Shown here: one piece after another, positions 19,000 through 28,330 of the stretch
Numbering within the stretch: the first letter of the stretch is position 1
Layout of the letters: every line of letters starts with the position of its first letter
Notes under the pieces: generated by a model
Told to the model about the DNA's origin: nothing
Database searches by the model: none
Seen by the model: the letters and a program-made list of their open reading frames with translations, nothing else
Assembly: GCA_051868755.1 (NCBI GenBank)
Contig: JBJEAF010000072.1
Span: 1-53,020, forward strand
Direction: 5' to 3'
Length of the DNA: 53,020 nucleotides
Source of the DNA: Alloprevotella sp.
GTDB lineage: Bacteria > Bacteroidota > Bacteroidia > Bacteroidales > Bacteroidaceae
Position numbers and translations under genes: made by a program

Positions 19000-20145
19000 A
19001 TGACCAAAACATTACTTCTACTGAACATGACCCTGGCCGCCTGCCTGCTGACCAGCTGCATCCAGGACGAGCCGCTCAATGCCGAATGCGACATCACGGC
19101 GGTCAACGCCCAATGGCTCGAACAGCACCGCGACATGCTCATCGGCAACCCCATTCTGGGCAACGACTACCTCTCGTTCAGCATCCAGAAGGGCACCGAC
19201 CGCTCCCGGCTCGACCCGAGCTTCACCCTCACCGAGGGGGCGCGCATCACCTGCCAGCTCGACGGGCAGGAGGTCGACGCCAACGGCATCACGCGGAACT
19301 TCAGCTCGCCACAGACCTACACCGTACACTCACAGGACGGACACTGGCACAAGGACTACACCGTGGCCTTCAACTATCCCCACGCCATCGACTCGCTCCA
19401 CTTCGAGGAGTTCACCCTCGAAAGCACAGGCCGCTACCAGGTTTGGTACGAGAAGGACCCGAGCGACGCACTCAACCCCCGCCGCGACTACTGGGCATCG
19501 GGCAACGCCGGATTTGCCTTCACGGGCATGGCCAAGTCGCCCACCGAATACCCCACCGCCTCCTCGCCCGACGGACTGAAGGGAGCCTGCGTGAAACTCG
19601 TCACCCGCAGCACCGGCTCCTTTGGCAGCATGATCAACAAGCCCATTGCCGCCGGCAACATCTTCATCGGCACGTTCAACGCCGAAATCGCCGTGCGCCA
19701 GCCCCTGCAGGCCACTGAGTTCGGCCTGCAACTCGTCAGCGGCAAACCCGTGGCTGTCGAAGGCCACTACAAGTACACCCCCGGAGAGGTCTTCACCGAC
19801 AAGAACAACAAGGTGTGTCCCGAACTCCACGACACAGCGGCCATCTACGCCGTGGTCTATGAGGTTGACCCCGACCACTTCGAGCCTCTCGACGGCAGCA
19901 ACGTGAAGACCTCGCCCCGCGTGGTCCTGCTGGCCGAGCTCGACAACCCCGGCGAACCGACCGAGTGGACGCACTTCTCGATGCCCTTCCGCCTGATGCC
20001 CGGCAAGACGTTCAGCGAAGAGCGCATGCAGCGCGACGGCTACGCCATCACGGTCGTGGCCTCGTCGAGCAAGGAGGGCGACTTCTTTGCCGGTGCCGTC
20101 GGCTCCACGCTCTACATCGACGAGTTCTTCATCGTGTGGGAATAG
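19000..20145 (+). CDS. PCMD (putative carbohydrate metabolism domain) lipoprotein
   Basis: Lipobox LLTSC, IQDEPLNAECDI, WASGNAGF, AAGNIFIG and GAVGSTLYIDE. -7 box TAATTTTG at 18953-18960. Confidence 0.85.
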   Translation: MTKTLLLLNMTLAACLLTSCIQDEPLNAECDITAVNAQWLEQHRDMLIGNPILGNDYLSFSIQKGTDRSRLDPSFTLTEGARITCQLDGQEVDANGITRNFSSPQTYTVHSQDGHWHKDYTVAFNYPHAIDSLHFEEFTLESTGRYQVWYEKDPSDALNPRRDYWASGNAGFAFTGMAKSPTEYPTASSPDGLKGACVKLVTRSTGSFGSMINKPIAAGNIFIGTFNAEIAVRQPLQATEFGLQLVSGKPVAVEGHYKYTPGEVFTDKNNKVCPELHDTAAIYAVVYEVDPDHFEPLDGSNVKTSPRVVLLAELDNPGEPTEWTHFSMPFRLMPGKTFSEERMQRDGYAITVVASSSKEGDFFAGAVGSTLYIDEFFIVWE

Positions 20146-20218
20146 CCGGCCGCCGCACCGCCGGAAGGCCGCTCCCCACCCGCATCTCCCCTACCTCACA
20201 CTCACGTCTTTTCCCTTC

Positions 20219-21016
20219 ATGAACCACAAACTCACAGCCATACTCCTCCTGGGCCTGCTCACCCTCTGGCCCGCACGGGGCCTCTACGCCCAAACAGGCG
20301 ACAACCTGCCTGCCGACACCGACCGCAACCTCATCAGTGCCGCCCTGAAGGGCTGGCACCTGCGACTGGGAGCCGGACTCAGCCTGGGCGGCACTTCCCC
20401 GCTGCCTCTGCCGGCTGAAATACGCGACATCGAAAGCTACAACCCCACCCTCTGCATTGCCTTAGAGGGAGCCGTACAGAAGAAACTCACCGACCGCTGG
20501 GGCCTGATGCTGGGCCTGCGCTTCGAAAACAAGGGCATGGCCACCCGCGCCCGCGTCAAGAACTACCACATGGAGGCCGTCAACGCCGACGGCTCGGGCA
20601 AGGTGGTGGGAGCCTGGACGGGCAAGGTGAAAACCGAGGTGGACAACAACTACCTGACCGTGCCCATGCTGCTGACCTACACCATCAACCCCCGCTGGCA
20701 GGTCATGGCCGGCCCCTACGTGGCCTGGATGATGAACGGCAGCTTCACGGGCGAAGCCTACGACGGCTACATCCGCGACCAGGACCCCACGGGCGAGAAG
20801 GCTGAGGTGACGCGCGCCACCTACGACTTCTCCGACGACCTGCGCCGCTTTCACTGGGGCGTACAGGTGGGCGGCGAATACCGTGCCTACAAGCACCTGG
20901 CCGTGAACCTCAACCTGCAATGGGGAATCAACGGCATCTTCCCCTCCGACTTCAACAGCGTCACCTTCGCCCTCTACCCCATCTACGGGACCCTGGGCTT
21001 CAGCTACCTGTTCTGA
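20219..21016 (+). CDS. Porin-family / outer-membrane beta-barrel protein
   Basis: Signal peptide, GGTSPLPLPAEIR, GLRFENKGM and terminal YPIYGTLGFSYLF. Confidence 0.85.
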   Translation: MNHKLTAILLLGLLTLWPARGLYAQTGDNLPADTDRNLISAALKGWHLRLGAGLSLGGTSPLPLPAEIRDIESYNPTLCIALEGAVQKKLTDRWGLMLGLRFENKGMATRARVKNYHMEAVNADGSGKVVGAWTGKVKTEVDNNYLTVPMLLTYTINPRWQVMAGPYVAWMMNGSFTGEAYDGYIRDQDPTGEKAEVTRATYDFSDDLRRFHWGVQVGGEYRAYKHLAVNLNLQWGINGIFPSDFNSVTFALYPIYGTLGFSYLF

Positions 21017-21067
21017 GGTCGCTTCTCTGAAACTTACCTTTTACACTCACATCAAAAAACATTCATT

Positions 21068-21685
21068 ATGAAGAAAGCTTTACTCCTCATCGCCGCTGCC
21101 TGGTGCATGTCACTGGCCCCGATGGCGGCACAGAATTACAACGAACAGCTCGTCGTAACCATTAACGGCGAAAGCACAGACTCCATTCCCGCCGCCATCA
21201 CGGTGGTAGAGCGCGAAGACGGCCTCATCGACTTCACCCTGAACAACTTCATGCTTGTCACGGGCGAGGATGCCATGCCCATCGGCAACATCAAGCTCTC
21301 AGGAATCGAAGTCACGGCCCACGACAGCTACAAGGAAATCAAGACTTCGCAGAACATCATGATTGAACCCGGCGACGACCCCAACGTGCCTGCCACCGGC
21401 TGGCTCGGCCAGTACCTGGGCGAAGTACCCATTGCCCTCGAAGGCATCCTTACCGACACCCGCCTCTACGCCACTATCGACATCGACATGATGAGCACGC
21501 TCGGACAGGTAATCCAAGTCGTGGTGGGCAACGCGACCAACACGGGCATCAGCCAGGCCGTCACCACCCGTCCCACGCAGGCACAGGGCGTCTACACGCT
21601 CCAGGGCATCCGCGTGGCTGACCAGCTCTCCGATGCACTGCCCAAGGGCCTCTATATCGTAAACGGAAAGAAGATTCTCAAATAA
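21068..21685 (+). CDS. Calycin-like domain protein with T9SS-like C-terminus
   Basis: Signal peptide, LVVTING..FTLNNF..IGNI domain, CTD VYTLQGIRV...LPKGLYIVNGKKILK. Confidence 0.75.
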   Translation: MKKALLLIAAAWCMSLAPMAAQNYNEQLVVTINGESTDSIPAAITVVEREDGLIDFTLNNFMLVTGEDAMPIGNIKLSGIEVTAHDSYKEIKTSQNIMIEPGDDPNVPATGWLGQYLGEVPIALEGILTDTRLYATIDIDMMSTLGQVIQVVVGNATNTGISQAVTTRPTQAQGVYTLQGIRVADQLSDALPKGLYIVNGKKILK

Positions 21686-21706
21686 GATAGGACTTAACAC
21701 AAACAC

Positions 21707-23806
21707 ATGAAACAACTGCTTACATTGGTCTGGCTGGGAGCCGCTGCGCTCTCAGCCAGTGCCCAGCATCTGCCTAATGGTGACTTCGCCAAGTGGAAGG
21801 ATGCCTGCGGAAACTCTTATCAGTCAAGCACCTCGAAGTTCATTGGCGGCAACTCACCCGACGGCGAACGCCAGCGTCCGGGTTCGGAGCCTGAAGACTG
21901 GAACGGCTCAAGTGTGAACCAGAAGGTAATGGGAACAGAAAAACAAGAAACGCTCGTCACCCAAGGCTCTCAGGACGGAAACTCCTGGACGGTGCTCACC
22001 AACAAGTGGGTGGGCGCGCTCGGCATCGGCTCCAATGCCCCCGCCTTCATCAACTTCGGCACACCTTGGGTATATGCTGTAACCAGTATCGACAACTGTG
22101 ACGGCGGCGTGTACGGCGGCATGGCCTTCAGCAGCCGCCCCGATGCCATCAAGGGACGCTACAAGCGCACCACGGGCACAGAAGGCAGCGAAGATGCCCA
22201 CATCATTGCCTACCTCTGGAAGGGCACTTTTACCTCGAACATCACTGCCACGGGCACGGTCAGCAAAGACGACGTGGACCGCGTGGTGATGGGCAAGGAA
22301 ACGGGTACGGCATCGGGCACCCTCATTGCCAGCTGCGACTACAGCTTCAGCAGCACAGCCAACAACGACTGGGAAGAAATCATCGTGCCGCTGGACTACG
22401 TGCAGGGACAGGAGCAGACTGTACCCGAGAAGGTGAACGTCATCATTTCGAGTGCGGACTACTGGACACGCACCAACATCAAGGCAGGCAACGTGCTTGA
22501 AGTGGACGACGTGGACTTCGTCTACTACCACGCACTGAGCGACCTGCAGGTGGACGGTGTCACGCTCGAAGGCTTTGACGAAAGCCGCACGGACTACACG
22601 CTCGACGTGCCTTATGAGGCCGGAAAGGTGACCTACACCGTAAAAGGACGCTCGGCCCAGGCTCAGGAAACCTACGATGAGGAGAGCGGCCTGCTCACTA
22701 TCGTGGTGACCAACGAGGGCGAGGCGACCACCTACACCGTGCAGTTCGACAACCGCACTGCCACCGTGACACCCTACAGCAACGACCTGAGCGTGACCAT
22801 CAACGGCGAATGCACACTGCCCCAGCCTACCGAAATCCAGCTCATCGACGAGAAGGACGGCTCGACCTCGCTGGCGCTGAACAACTTCATGCTCGGAACG
22901 GGAGCTGATGCCATACCCGTAGGCAACATCTACCTGACGAATGTACAACGCTCGGGCGAAAACCCCATGAAGCTCACTACATCGCAAAGCATCGTCATCA
23001 CACCGGGCGACCTGCCGGGCATCGATGCCATGCAGTGGATAGGACAGTTCCTGGGAGAAGTTCCCGTTGAACTGGATGCCGAAGTGGCCGACGGACAGAT
23101 GACGGCCACCATCAACATCGACATGCAGGCTTCGCTCGGACAGACCATCCGCGTGGTGTTCGCTCCCACGCTGAACGTGAATGCCGAAACAGACCTGAAC
23201 GCCGAAGCCGGACTCTACAACTTGGTAGTGAGCCGCAACTTCAGCGAGGGATGGAACACCCTCTGCCTGCCCTTCGGCTTCACCCCCGAACAAATCGGAG
23301 CCGAAGAGGCCCAGACCTTTGTCGGAACGCAGAACAACATCGCCCAATTCATCAAGGTCAGTGAAGTAGATGCCAACCAGCCCTGCATGGTGAAGTTTGC
23401 CAACGACACCCCCGTGCAACTGTGTCTCGCGACCTACATCCACACCACACAGCCGGGCAGCGTGTTCTTCGACGGCTTCTACTTCAACGGCAATTATGCC
23501 GCCGGGATGCCTATGTCGGGCTACTACGGCTTCGAGCCTGTCGAAGGCCTGCGCCGCGTGGGCGAGGACGACATCGACCAGTCGCTTCCGGCCACTCACG
23601 CCTACTTCGCCCACACCGAACCGAACGACCTGTACTACCAGATCCAGTTCGAGGGTGAACAGCCCACCCGCATCAGCGAAGCGGGCTTGATGCCGTCGGC
23701 CAACGCCCCTGTCTACAACCTGCAAGGCGTGCGCATGACCAACAGCCCCGACCGTCTGCCGGCCGGCATTTACGTGAGCCAAGGCAAGAAGGTGTTGGTG
23801 AAATAA
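21707..23806 (+). CDS. Secreted PCMD-like + calycin-like multidomain protein with T9SS-like C-terminus
   Basis: QHLPNGDF, RPDAIKGRYKR, NVIISS; calycin-like domain paralogous to 21068-21685; GWNTLCLPF; CTD VYNLQGVR...GIYVSQGKKVLVK. Confidence 0.75.
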   Translation: MKQLLTLVWLGAAALSASAQHLPNGDFAKWKDACGNSYQSSTSKFIGGNSPDGERQRPGSEPEDWNGSSVNQKVMGTEKQETLVTQGSQDGNSWTVLTNKWVGALGIGSNAPAFINFGTPWVYAVTSIDNCDGGVYGGMAFSSRPDAIKGRYKRTTGTEGSEDAHIIAYLWKGTFTSNITATGTVSKDDVDRVVMGKETGTASGTLIASCDYSFSSTANNDWEEIIVPLDYVQGQEQTVPEKVNVIISSADYWTRTNIKAGNVLEVDDVDFVYYHALSDLQVDGVTLEGFDESRTDYTLDVPYEAGKVTYTVKGRSAQAQETYDEESGLLTIVVTNEGEATTYTVQFDNRTATVTPYSNDLSVTINGECTLPQPTEIQLIDEKDGSTSLALNNFMLGTGADAIPVGNIYLTNVQRSGENPMKLTTSQSIVITPGDLPGIDAMQWIGQFLGEVPVELDAEVADGQMTATINIDMQASLGQTIRVVFAPTLNVNAETDLNAEAGLYNLVVSRNFSEGWNTLCLPFGFTPEQIGAEEAQTFVGTQNNIAQFIKVSEVDANQPCMVKFANDTPVQLCLATYIHTTQPGSVFFDGFYFNGNYAAGMPMSGYYGFEPVEGLRRVGEDDIDQSLPATHAYFAHTEPNDLYYQIQFEGEQPTRISEAGLMPSANAPVYNLQGVRMTNSPDRLPAGIYVSQGKKVLVK

Positions 23807-23829
23807 CTACATACAGCACATGAATAACG

Positions 23830-23864
23830 AAAGGGATGCGTCCGCATGGGCGCACCCCTTTTTT
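23830..23864 (+). terminator. Intrinsic terminator of the PCMD/porin/calycin operon
   Basis: AAAGGGATGCGTCC-GCAT-GGGCGCACCCCTTTTTT. Confidence 0.7.
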
Positions 23865-23883
23865 GGTGCTTCAATGAGAAGCC

Positions 23884-24467
23884 ACACGCTCCGAAGGTTG
23901 GGATACGTAATGGCGAAGCCGCCTTTGCGAAATACATGCGTTCAAGGCACGCCCCGGAGGGTGGGTGACGCAATGTCGAAGCCGTCTTGGCGAAAACACA
24001 GGCGTTCAAGGCACGCCCCGGAGGATGGGTAACGCAATGGCGAAGCCGGAGCTGCGAATAGCATGCGTTCAAGGCACGCCCCGGAGGTTGGGTGACGCAA
24101 TGTCGAAGCCGCCTTTGCGAAATGCAAGCGTTCAAGGCGCGCCCCGAAGGGGCAACGAGCGCATAGCCCAGGGCAACGCCCTGGGTATGTAGACCGCCGC
24201 AAATGCGCCCTGCAAGGGCAAAAGCGTATATACAAAACGCCTGTATTCTAACGCTTTTGCCCTTTCAGGGCGCACTTTATCGCCTCATTCTACCCAGGGC
24301 GCTGCCCTGGGCTATGTGCTCGTTGCCCCTCCGGGGCGCGCCTTGAACGCTTGACATTCGCAGTTCCGACTTCTGCGTCGATGTTGTTTAAGCAGGCTAG
24401 AAGCCTGCTCTCCCAGTGCATTGCATCACCCAACCTCCGGGGCGCGCCTTGAACGCCTGACATTCGC
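23884..24467. repeat. REPIN/BIME-like cluster (family A): four ~63-bp tandem units, ~230-bp palindromic core, one inverted unit
   Basis: GCGTTCAAGGC at 23938, 24002, 24065 and 24128; inverted GCCTTGAACGC at 24340 and 24446. Core 24125-24353 is self-complementary. Confidence 0.9.
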
Positions 24468-24495
24468 GAACCAGGCCTTGCCCGGCGCGGCAAGC

Positions 24496-24530
24496 AAAAA
24501 AGCGCGCCAAGACGGAAGCCTTGGCGCGCT
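24496..24530 (-). terminator. Intrinsic terminator of the Omp28-like gene
   Basis: GCGCGCCAAG / CTTGGCGCGC stem with A6 on the plus strand (U tract on minus). Confidence 0.75.
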
Positions 24531-24556
24531 GGATTCTCTTAGATGTAAAAGAGGGT

Positions 24557-26785
24557 TTAGAATGTAGCCTTCTTGGTGATAACCTTACCGTTCGAAACGA
24601 CGCGGATTACATACACACCGTTACCGAAGGTAGGCAGAGAGGCAGAACCGTTCACGGTGCAGCTCGACACGAGCTTGCCGTCTACGGTGTAAACCTCGGC
24701 AGTGGCATTCTCGGCAGTTACATTGAAGGCACCGTCGGCCACAGCTACCTGTGCGTTGGCAGCATTCTCGACTGCGTCGATGCCCGAAGGACCTGAGCTG
24801 GTGTTCTCGTCGCTCAGCTTGATCTGGGCGGCAGTCACCACGATGCCGGAGCTCTGGTCGAAGAGCAGCACGGCGAGGTTGAGGTTGTCGGTGTCGATGG
24901 CGGGCGACTTGCGCGAGGGTACATCAAACTCGAACTCTACTTCGACAGACTTGCCCTGTTCTACTGCGGGCAGGAGGGCACCGTTGCCCATGGGGCTGCT
25001 CAGGTAGCAGGCCACGTGGTCCATCGGTTCGCTCGACCAGTAGTTGCCTTGGCTGTCGGCTTCACCCGTCTTGGCGTAGTTAAGCATGTCCACTGTCCAG
25101 CCCATACCCTGCATGATGGTCTGGTCGTCATACTGCGAAGCATAGTAGTAGTAGTTGCTGGCGAAGTAGTTGAGCTGGCGCACACCCTTCACGTTGTCTT
25201 CGGTCACTACGTATGCCAGACCGTACATCTGGGCCGGTGCGTTGATAGAGAAGTCTACCTTCACCTTACCGCTCACGCTGCTGCCAGCCATGCTCTCGGT
25301 GATAGCGCCATCGAGGGTGATGTTGGCCTCACAAATCTGGTCGGAGATTGCGTGAGCCAGTTCGGGCGCATAGAGCACATGCTCGGTCACCTCGCGGTTG
25401 ATCATGGCAGAGGGGAATGACTCGGCATAAGCTTTAACCACCTGCTGGTAGCTGTCGGCAGCCAAGGGATCTTCACCCAGCTGGCTGTTGAAGGTAGTGT
25501 GGATAGCAATGGCTACAGCGTTGTCGCTGCAAGCCTTCATGGCATCCTGCAAGCCCCAAATGCCGTAGGGACACCAGCCGCAGGTGTTCGAGGTGAATTC
25601 CTCGATAACGGGCATACGGCGGTAGTTCTCGGTGAGTGAATAAACGTAACCCTCGACGACATTGTCATTGTTCTCAACCGTTTCGTCGTCCACGCCGTTT
25701 ACCTTCGTCACGGTCAGGCTGGCAACGCTGCTGCCAGCCTCGTCGGCCAGCACGGCCGGAACTTCCATTACACCGGCATGGTAGAAGCTGATGGGCTCGT
25801 CAAACTTGTAAGTGCCGCTCGCCGACTTCGAACCCAGACTGAGGGTGTAGTCAATCGACGTGACAGACTCCAGACCGAGGTTCTCCAACATGACACTGGC
25901 CTTGCCGCCCTTGCCGGTGTTGATGTTGCCGCGTACGGTGCTCATCGAGACAGGATAAACGTCATTGTCCTTCAGGCCGTTTTCACCCTCGGTGTCGATG
26001 GTCATGGCTGCGGCTGCATAGAAGATGCTGCCGTCCTGGTCCTGCAACATGCCGGCACTGGCAATCAGAGAGAAGCTGCCATCAGCCTTCACACCGTTGA
26101 TGTAGGCGCCTTCGCCCGTCTCGGTCTTGTCCTCGTAGTAAGGAAGGATACCTTCGTACTTCGAAGCGTAGGGGTCATCGGCCGAAGGAGAATAGTCGGC
26201 CACCCAACCAATATAGAGGACACGCTCTTCGCCTGTAACCACGTAGTCACAGGGCACAGCGTTCATGTTGAGGTCGCCCGTTTCGAGGTTGATGCACTGC
26301 AGCTGGTCGACCGATGTGCTCCACAGGGCTTCGCCGGTCATACCGTCGAGCACGAACACGGCAATGTTGGTATAGTTGCCGGGCCATACGGAGAAGTTGA
26401 TGGACTTAATGGTGTTGCCCGCATAGCGCGAAACCATGTCGCCATAGAAGAAAGCGCCGTAGCCATAGCCCGTAAAGCCATACTGGGCCAGCGTGCCGGG
26501 ATTGAAGAGAGGCACCAGTCCGCATTCCTGCATCTCAGTACCATCCACCTGATAGCTGAGCTCTGTGCGCGAACGCTGGCCTGAAGCGCGCGACAGGAGC
26601 TTCTGGCTCTCCATAGCCATGGGAGCGAACTGCAGAGACTGGGCGTTCTGCAGCTGCTTCTGTGCCCAAGCGGGCACTTCCTTCTTCTGCCCAAAGGTGG
26701 CAGAAGCCTTCTTTTGCAGCAGCTGGGCACTGGCGGGTGCGCAAAGCAGGACTGCTGCAGCAAGAGAGAGTAATAATTTTTTCAT
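24557..26785 (-). CDS. Omp28-related secreted protein with CxxC motif, T9SS cargo
   Basis: Signal peptide; IEEFTSNTCGWCPYG, IAIH, FPSAMINR and YVVTED; CTD VYTVDGKLV...GVYVIRV...KKATF. -7 box TACCTTTG at 26849-26856 (minus). Confidence 0.8.
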   Translation of the reverse strand: MKKLLLSLAAAVLLCAPASAQLLQKKASATFGQKKEVPAWAQKQLQNAQSLQFAPMAMESQKLLSRASGQRSRTELSYQVDGTEMQECGLVPLFNPGTLAQYGFTGYGYGAFFYGDMVSRYAGNTIKSINFSVWPGNYTNIAVFVLDGMTGEALWSTSVDQLQCINLETGDLNMNAVPCDYVVTGEERVLYIGWVADYSPSADDPYASKYEGILPYYEDKTETGEGAYINGVKADGSFSLIASAGMLQDQDGSIFYAAAAMTIDTEGENGLKDNDVYPVSMSTVRGNINTGKGGKASVMLENLGLESVTSIDYTLSLGSKSASGTYKFDEPISFYHAGVMEVPAVLADEAGSSVASLTVTKVNGVDDETVENNDNVVEGYVYSLTENYRRMPVIEEFTSNTCGWCPYGIWGLQDAMKACSDNAVAIAIHTTFNSQLGEDPLAADSYQQVVKAYAESFPSAMINREVTEHVLYAPELAHAISDQICEANITLDGAITESMAGSSVSGKVKVDFSINAPAQMYGLAYVVTEDNVKGVRQLNYFASNYYYYASQYDDQTIMQGMGWTVDMLNYAKTGEADSQGNYWSSEPMDHVACYLSSPMGNGALLPAVEQGKSVEVEFEFDVPSRKSPAIDTDNLNLAVLLFDQSSGIVVTAAQIKLSDENTSSGPSGIDAVENAANAQVAVADGAFNVTAENATAEVYTVDGKLVSSCTVNGSASLPTFGNGVYVIRVVSNGKVITKKATF

Positions 26786-27057
26786 GTGATAGAGTTATTT
26801 AGTTAAACTTGCTCGCTGGTTGATTCTTTTCGTGGTAGTGTCAGGGCGCAAAGGTAAGTACTATATTCAACAGCACCAACGTTTTTTACATAAATTATGG
26901 GCGTTGCCCAGCATTATACGCACTGATGCCCCTTTGCCTGTTACAAAATGAAAGCCAACGGGGCTGTGAGAAGGGGCCCGAGGGGGCGGAAGGCTGACGC
27001 GGCATTCCCGACGCACGAAGTGCCGCCTCGGAGCGGCGGCACGGGGCACGCTCGCTT

Positions 27058-27150
27058 CAAGGCGGCACTTTGTCCTGCGGCGCAGGAATTTTGTTTCACG
27101 GAGCAGGCATTTTATTTCATGGCGCAAGCATTTTGTTTCATGGCGCAACA
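27058..27150. repeat. 21-bp-period tandem repeat immediately after buk stop
   Basis: ggcgcaggaattttgtttcac/ggagcaggcattttatttcat/ggcgcaagcattttgtttcat/ggcgcaaca. Confidence 0.8.
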
Positions 27151-27153
27151 GCC

Positions 27154-28266
27154 TCAATCGTACTCCTTGGCTTCGCGCTCGCCGCGCAGCACAGCCAGGG
27201 CATTGAGGGCCAGGGCCTTCATTTCGTCCTCGCCGGGATAGATGTGGACGGGGGCAATAAATTCCACGCGCTCGCGCAGTCCCTGCGTGATATACTCGGA
27301 ATGGGCGATGCCGCCCGTGAGCAGGATGGCGTCGACCCGGCCTTTCAGCACCGCACCCTCGGCGGCGATGGAGCGGGCCGTGTGGTAGATCATGGCATCG
27401 ATGAGCAGTTTGGCGTGATGGTCGCCCGCTTCGATGCGGGCCAGGATTTCGGGAATGTCGGTCGTGCCCATGTGGGCCATAAGCCCGGCCTGTCCGGCCA
27501 CGCGCTTCTTGAGCTGGTCCTCGGTGTAGCGTCCGCTGAAGCAGAGGTGAATCAGGTCGGCTGCGGGGAGGGTTCCGGCGCGCTCGGGCGAGAAGGGTCC
27601 TTCGCCGTCGAGGGCGTTGTTGGCGTCTATGGCGCGTCCGTGCTCGTGGGCCGCCACCGAGATGCCGCCGCCCAGGTGGCAGATGATGAGATTGAGGTCT
27701 TCATAGCGCTTGCCGATACGCTTGGCGTGCCGGCGGGCAATGGCGCGCTGGTTGAGCGCGTGCCAGATGCAGATGCGGGGCATGAGGGGCGAGCCGCTGA
27801 CGCGGGCCTCGGGCACCAGCTCATCGACCACGCCGGGATCGGCAATGTAGGCTTCGCAAGGCTCGGCCTGCTTCAGCGCCAGCTCGTAGGCAATGATGCA
27901 ACCCAGGTTACAGGCGTGCTTACGCATGGCATAGTAGGTGTCATAGCACATTTTGCGGTTCACGCGGTAGACACCGCCGGCCACAGGCTTGGCCAGGCCG
28001 CCACGGCCGATGATGGCATCGAAACGGAGGGGGATGTGGTTCTCTTCGAGCCAGTCGAGCACGATACGGGTGCGGAAGTCGCGCTGGTCGACTATCTGTT
28101 CGAAGGGCAGGAGTTCCTCCGGCTTGTGACGGATGGTGCTGATGTGCAGCGGCGTGTCGTTGACGTAGACAGCCACCTTGGTCGAGGTGGACCCAGGATT
28201 GATGACGAGGATGCGGTAGCCCGGCATATTGTCGGGCATCAGGACCGGTTCTTCAATGGTGTTCAT
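27154..28266 (-). CDS. buk: Butyrate kinase (branched-chain carboxylate kinase)
   Basis: ILVINPGSTSTKVA, GRGG, HACNLG, HALNQRA, HLGGGIS, GPFSPERAG and PGEDEM. Confidence 0.95.
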   Translation of the reverse strand: MNTIEEPVLMPDNMPGYRILVINPGSTSTKVAVYVNDTPLHISTIRHKPEELLPFEQIVDQRDFRTRIVLDWLEENHIPLRFDAIIGRGGLAKPVAGGVYRVNRKMCYDTYYAMRKHACNLGCIIAYELALKQAEPCEAYIADPGVVDELVPEARVSGSPLMPRICIWHALNQRAIARRHAKRIGKRYEDLNLIICHLGGGISVAAHEHGRAIDANNALDGEGPFSPERAGTLPAADLIHLCFSGRYTEDQLKKRVAGQAGLMAHMGTTDIPEILARIEAGDHHAKLLIDAMIYHTARSIAAEGAVLKGRVDAILLTGGIAHSEYITQGLRERVEFIAPVHIYPGEDEMKALALNALAVLRGEREAKEYD

Positions 28267-28330
28267 GTAGGATGGTCAAGCTGAGAACTTGTGTTTGGGA
28301 AAAGAAAGGTCGGGGCGCGGGACGCAGGCT

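Noticed and set aside
23884-24140. CRISPR array interpretation of the 63-bp periodic repeats
   Set aside because: The putative spacers are homologous to one another, the repeats are contiguous with a REP-like palindrome, and no cas genes or leader are present.
26867-27157. Small heptad-repeat ORFs (RHETKCL..; also 18665-18898, 37647-37901, 12641-12903)
   Set aside because: They are translations of 21-bp or 9-bp DNA repeats with no coding support.
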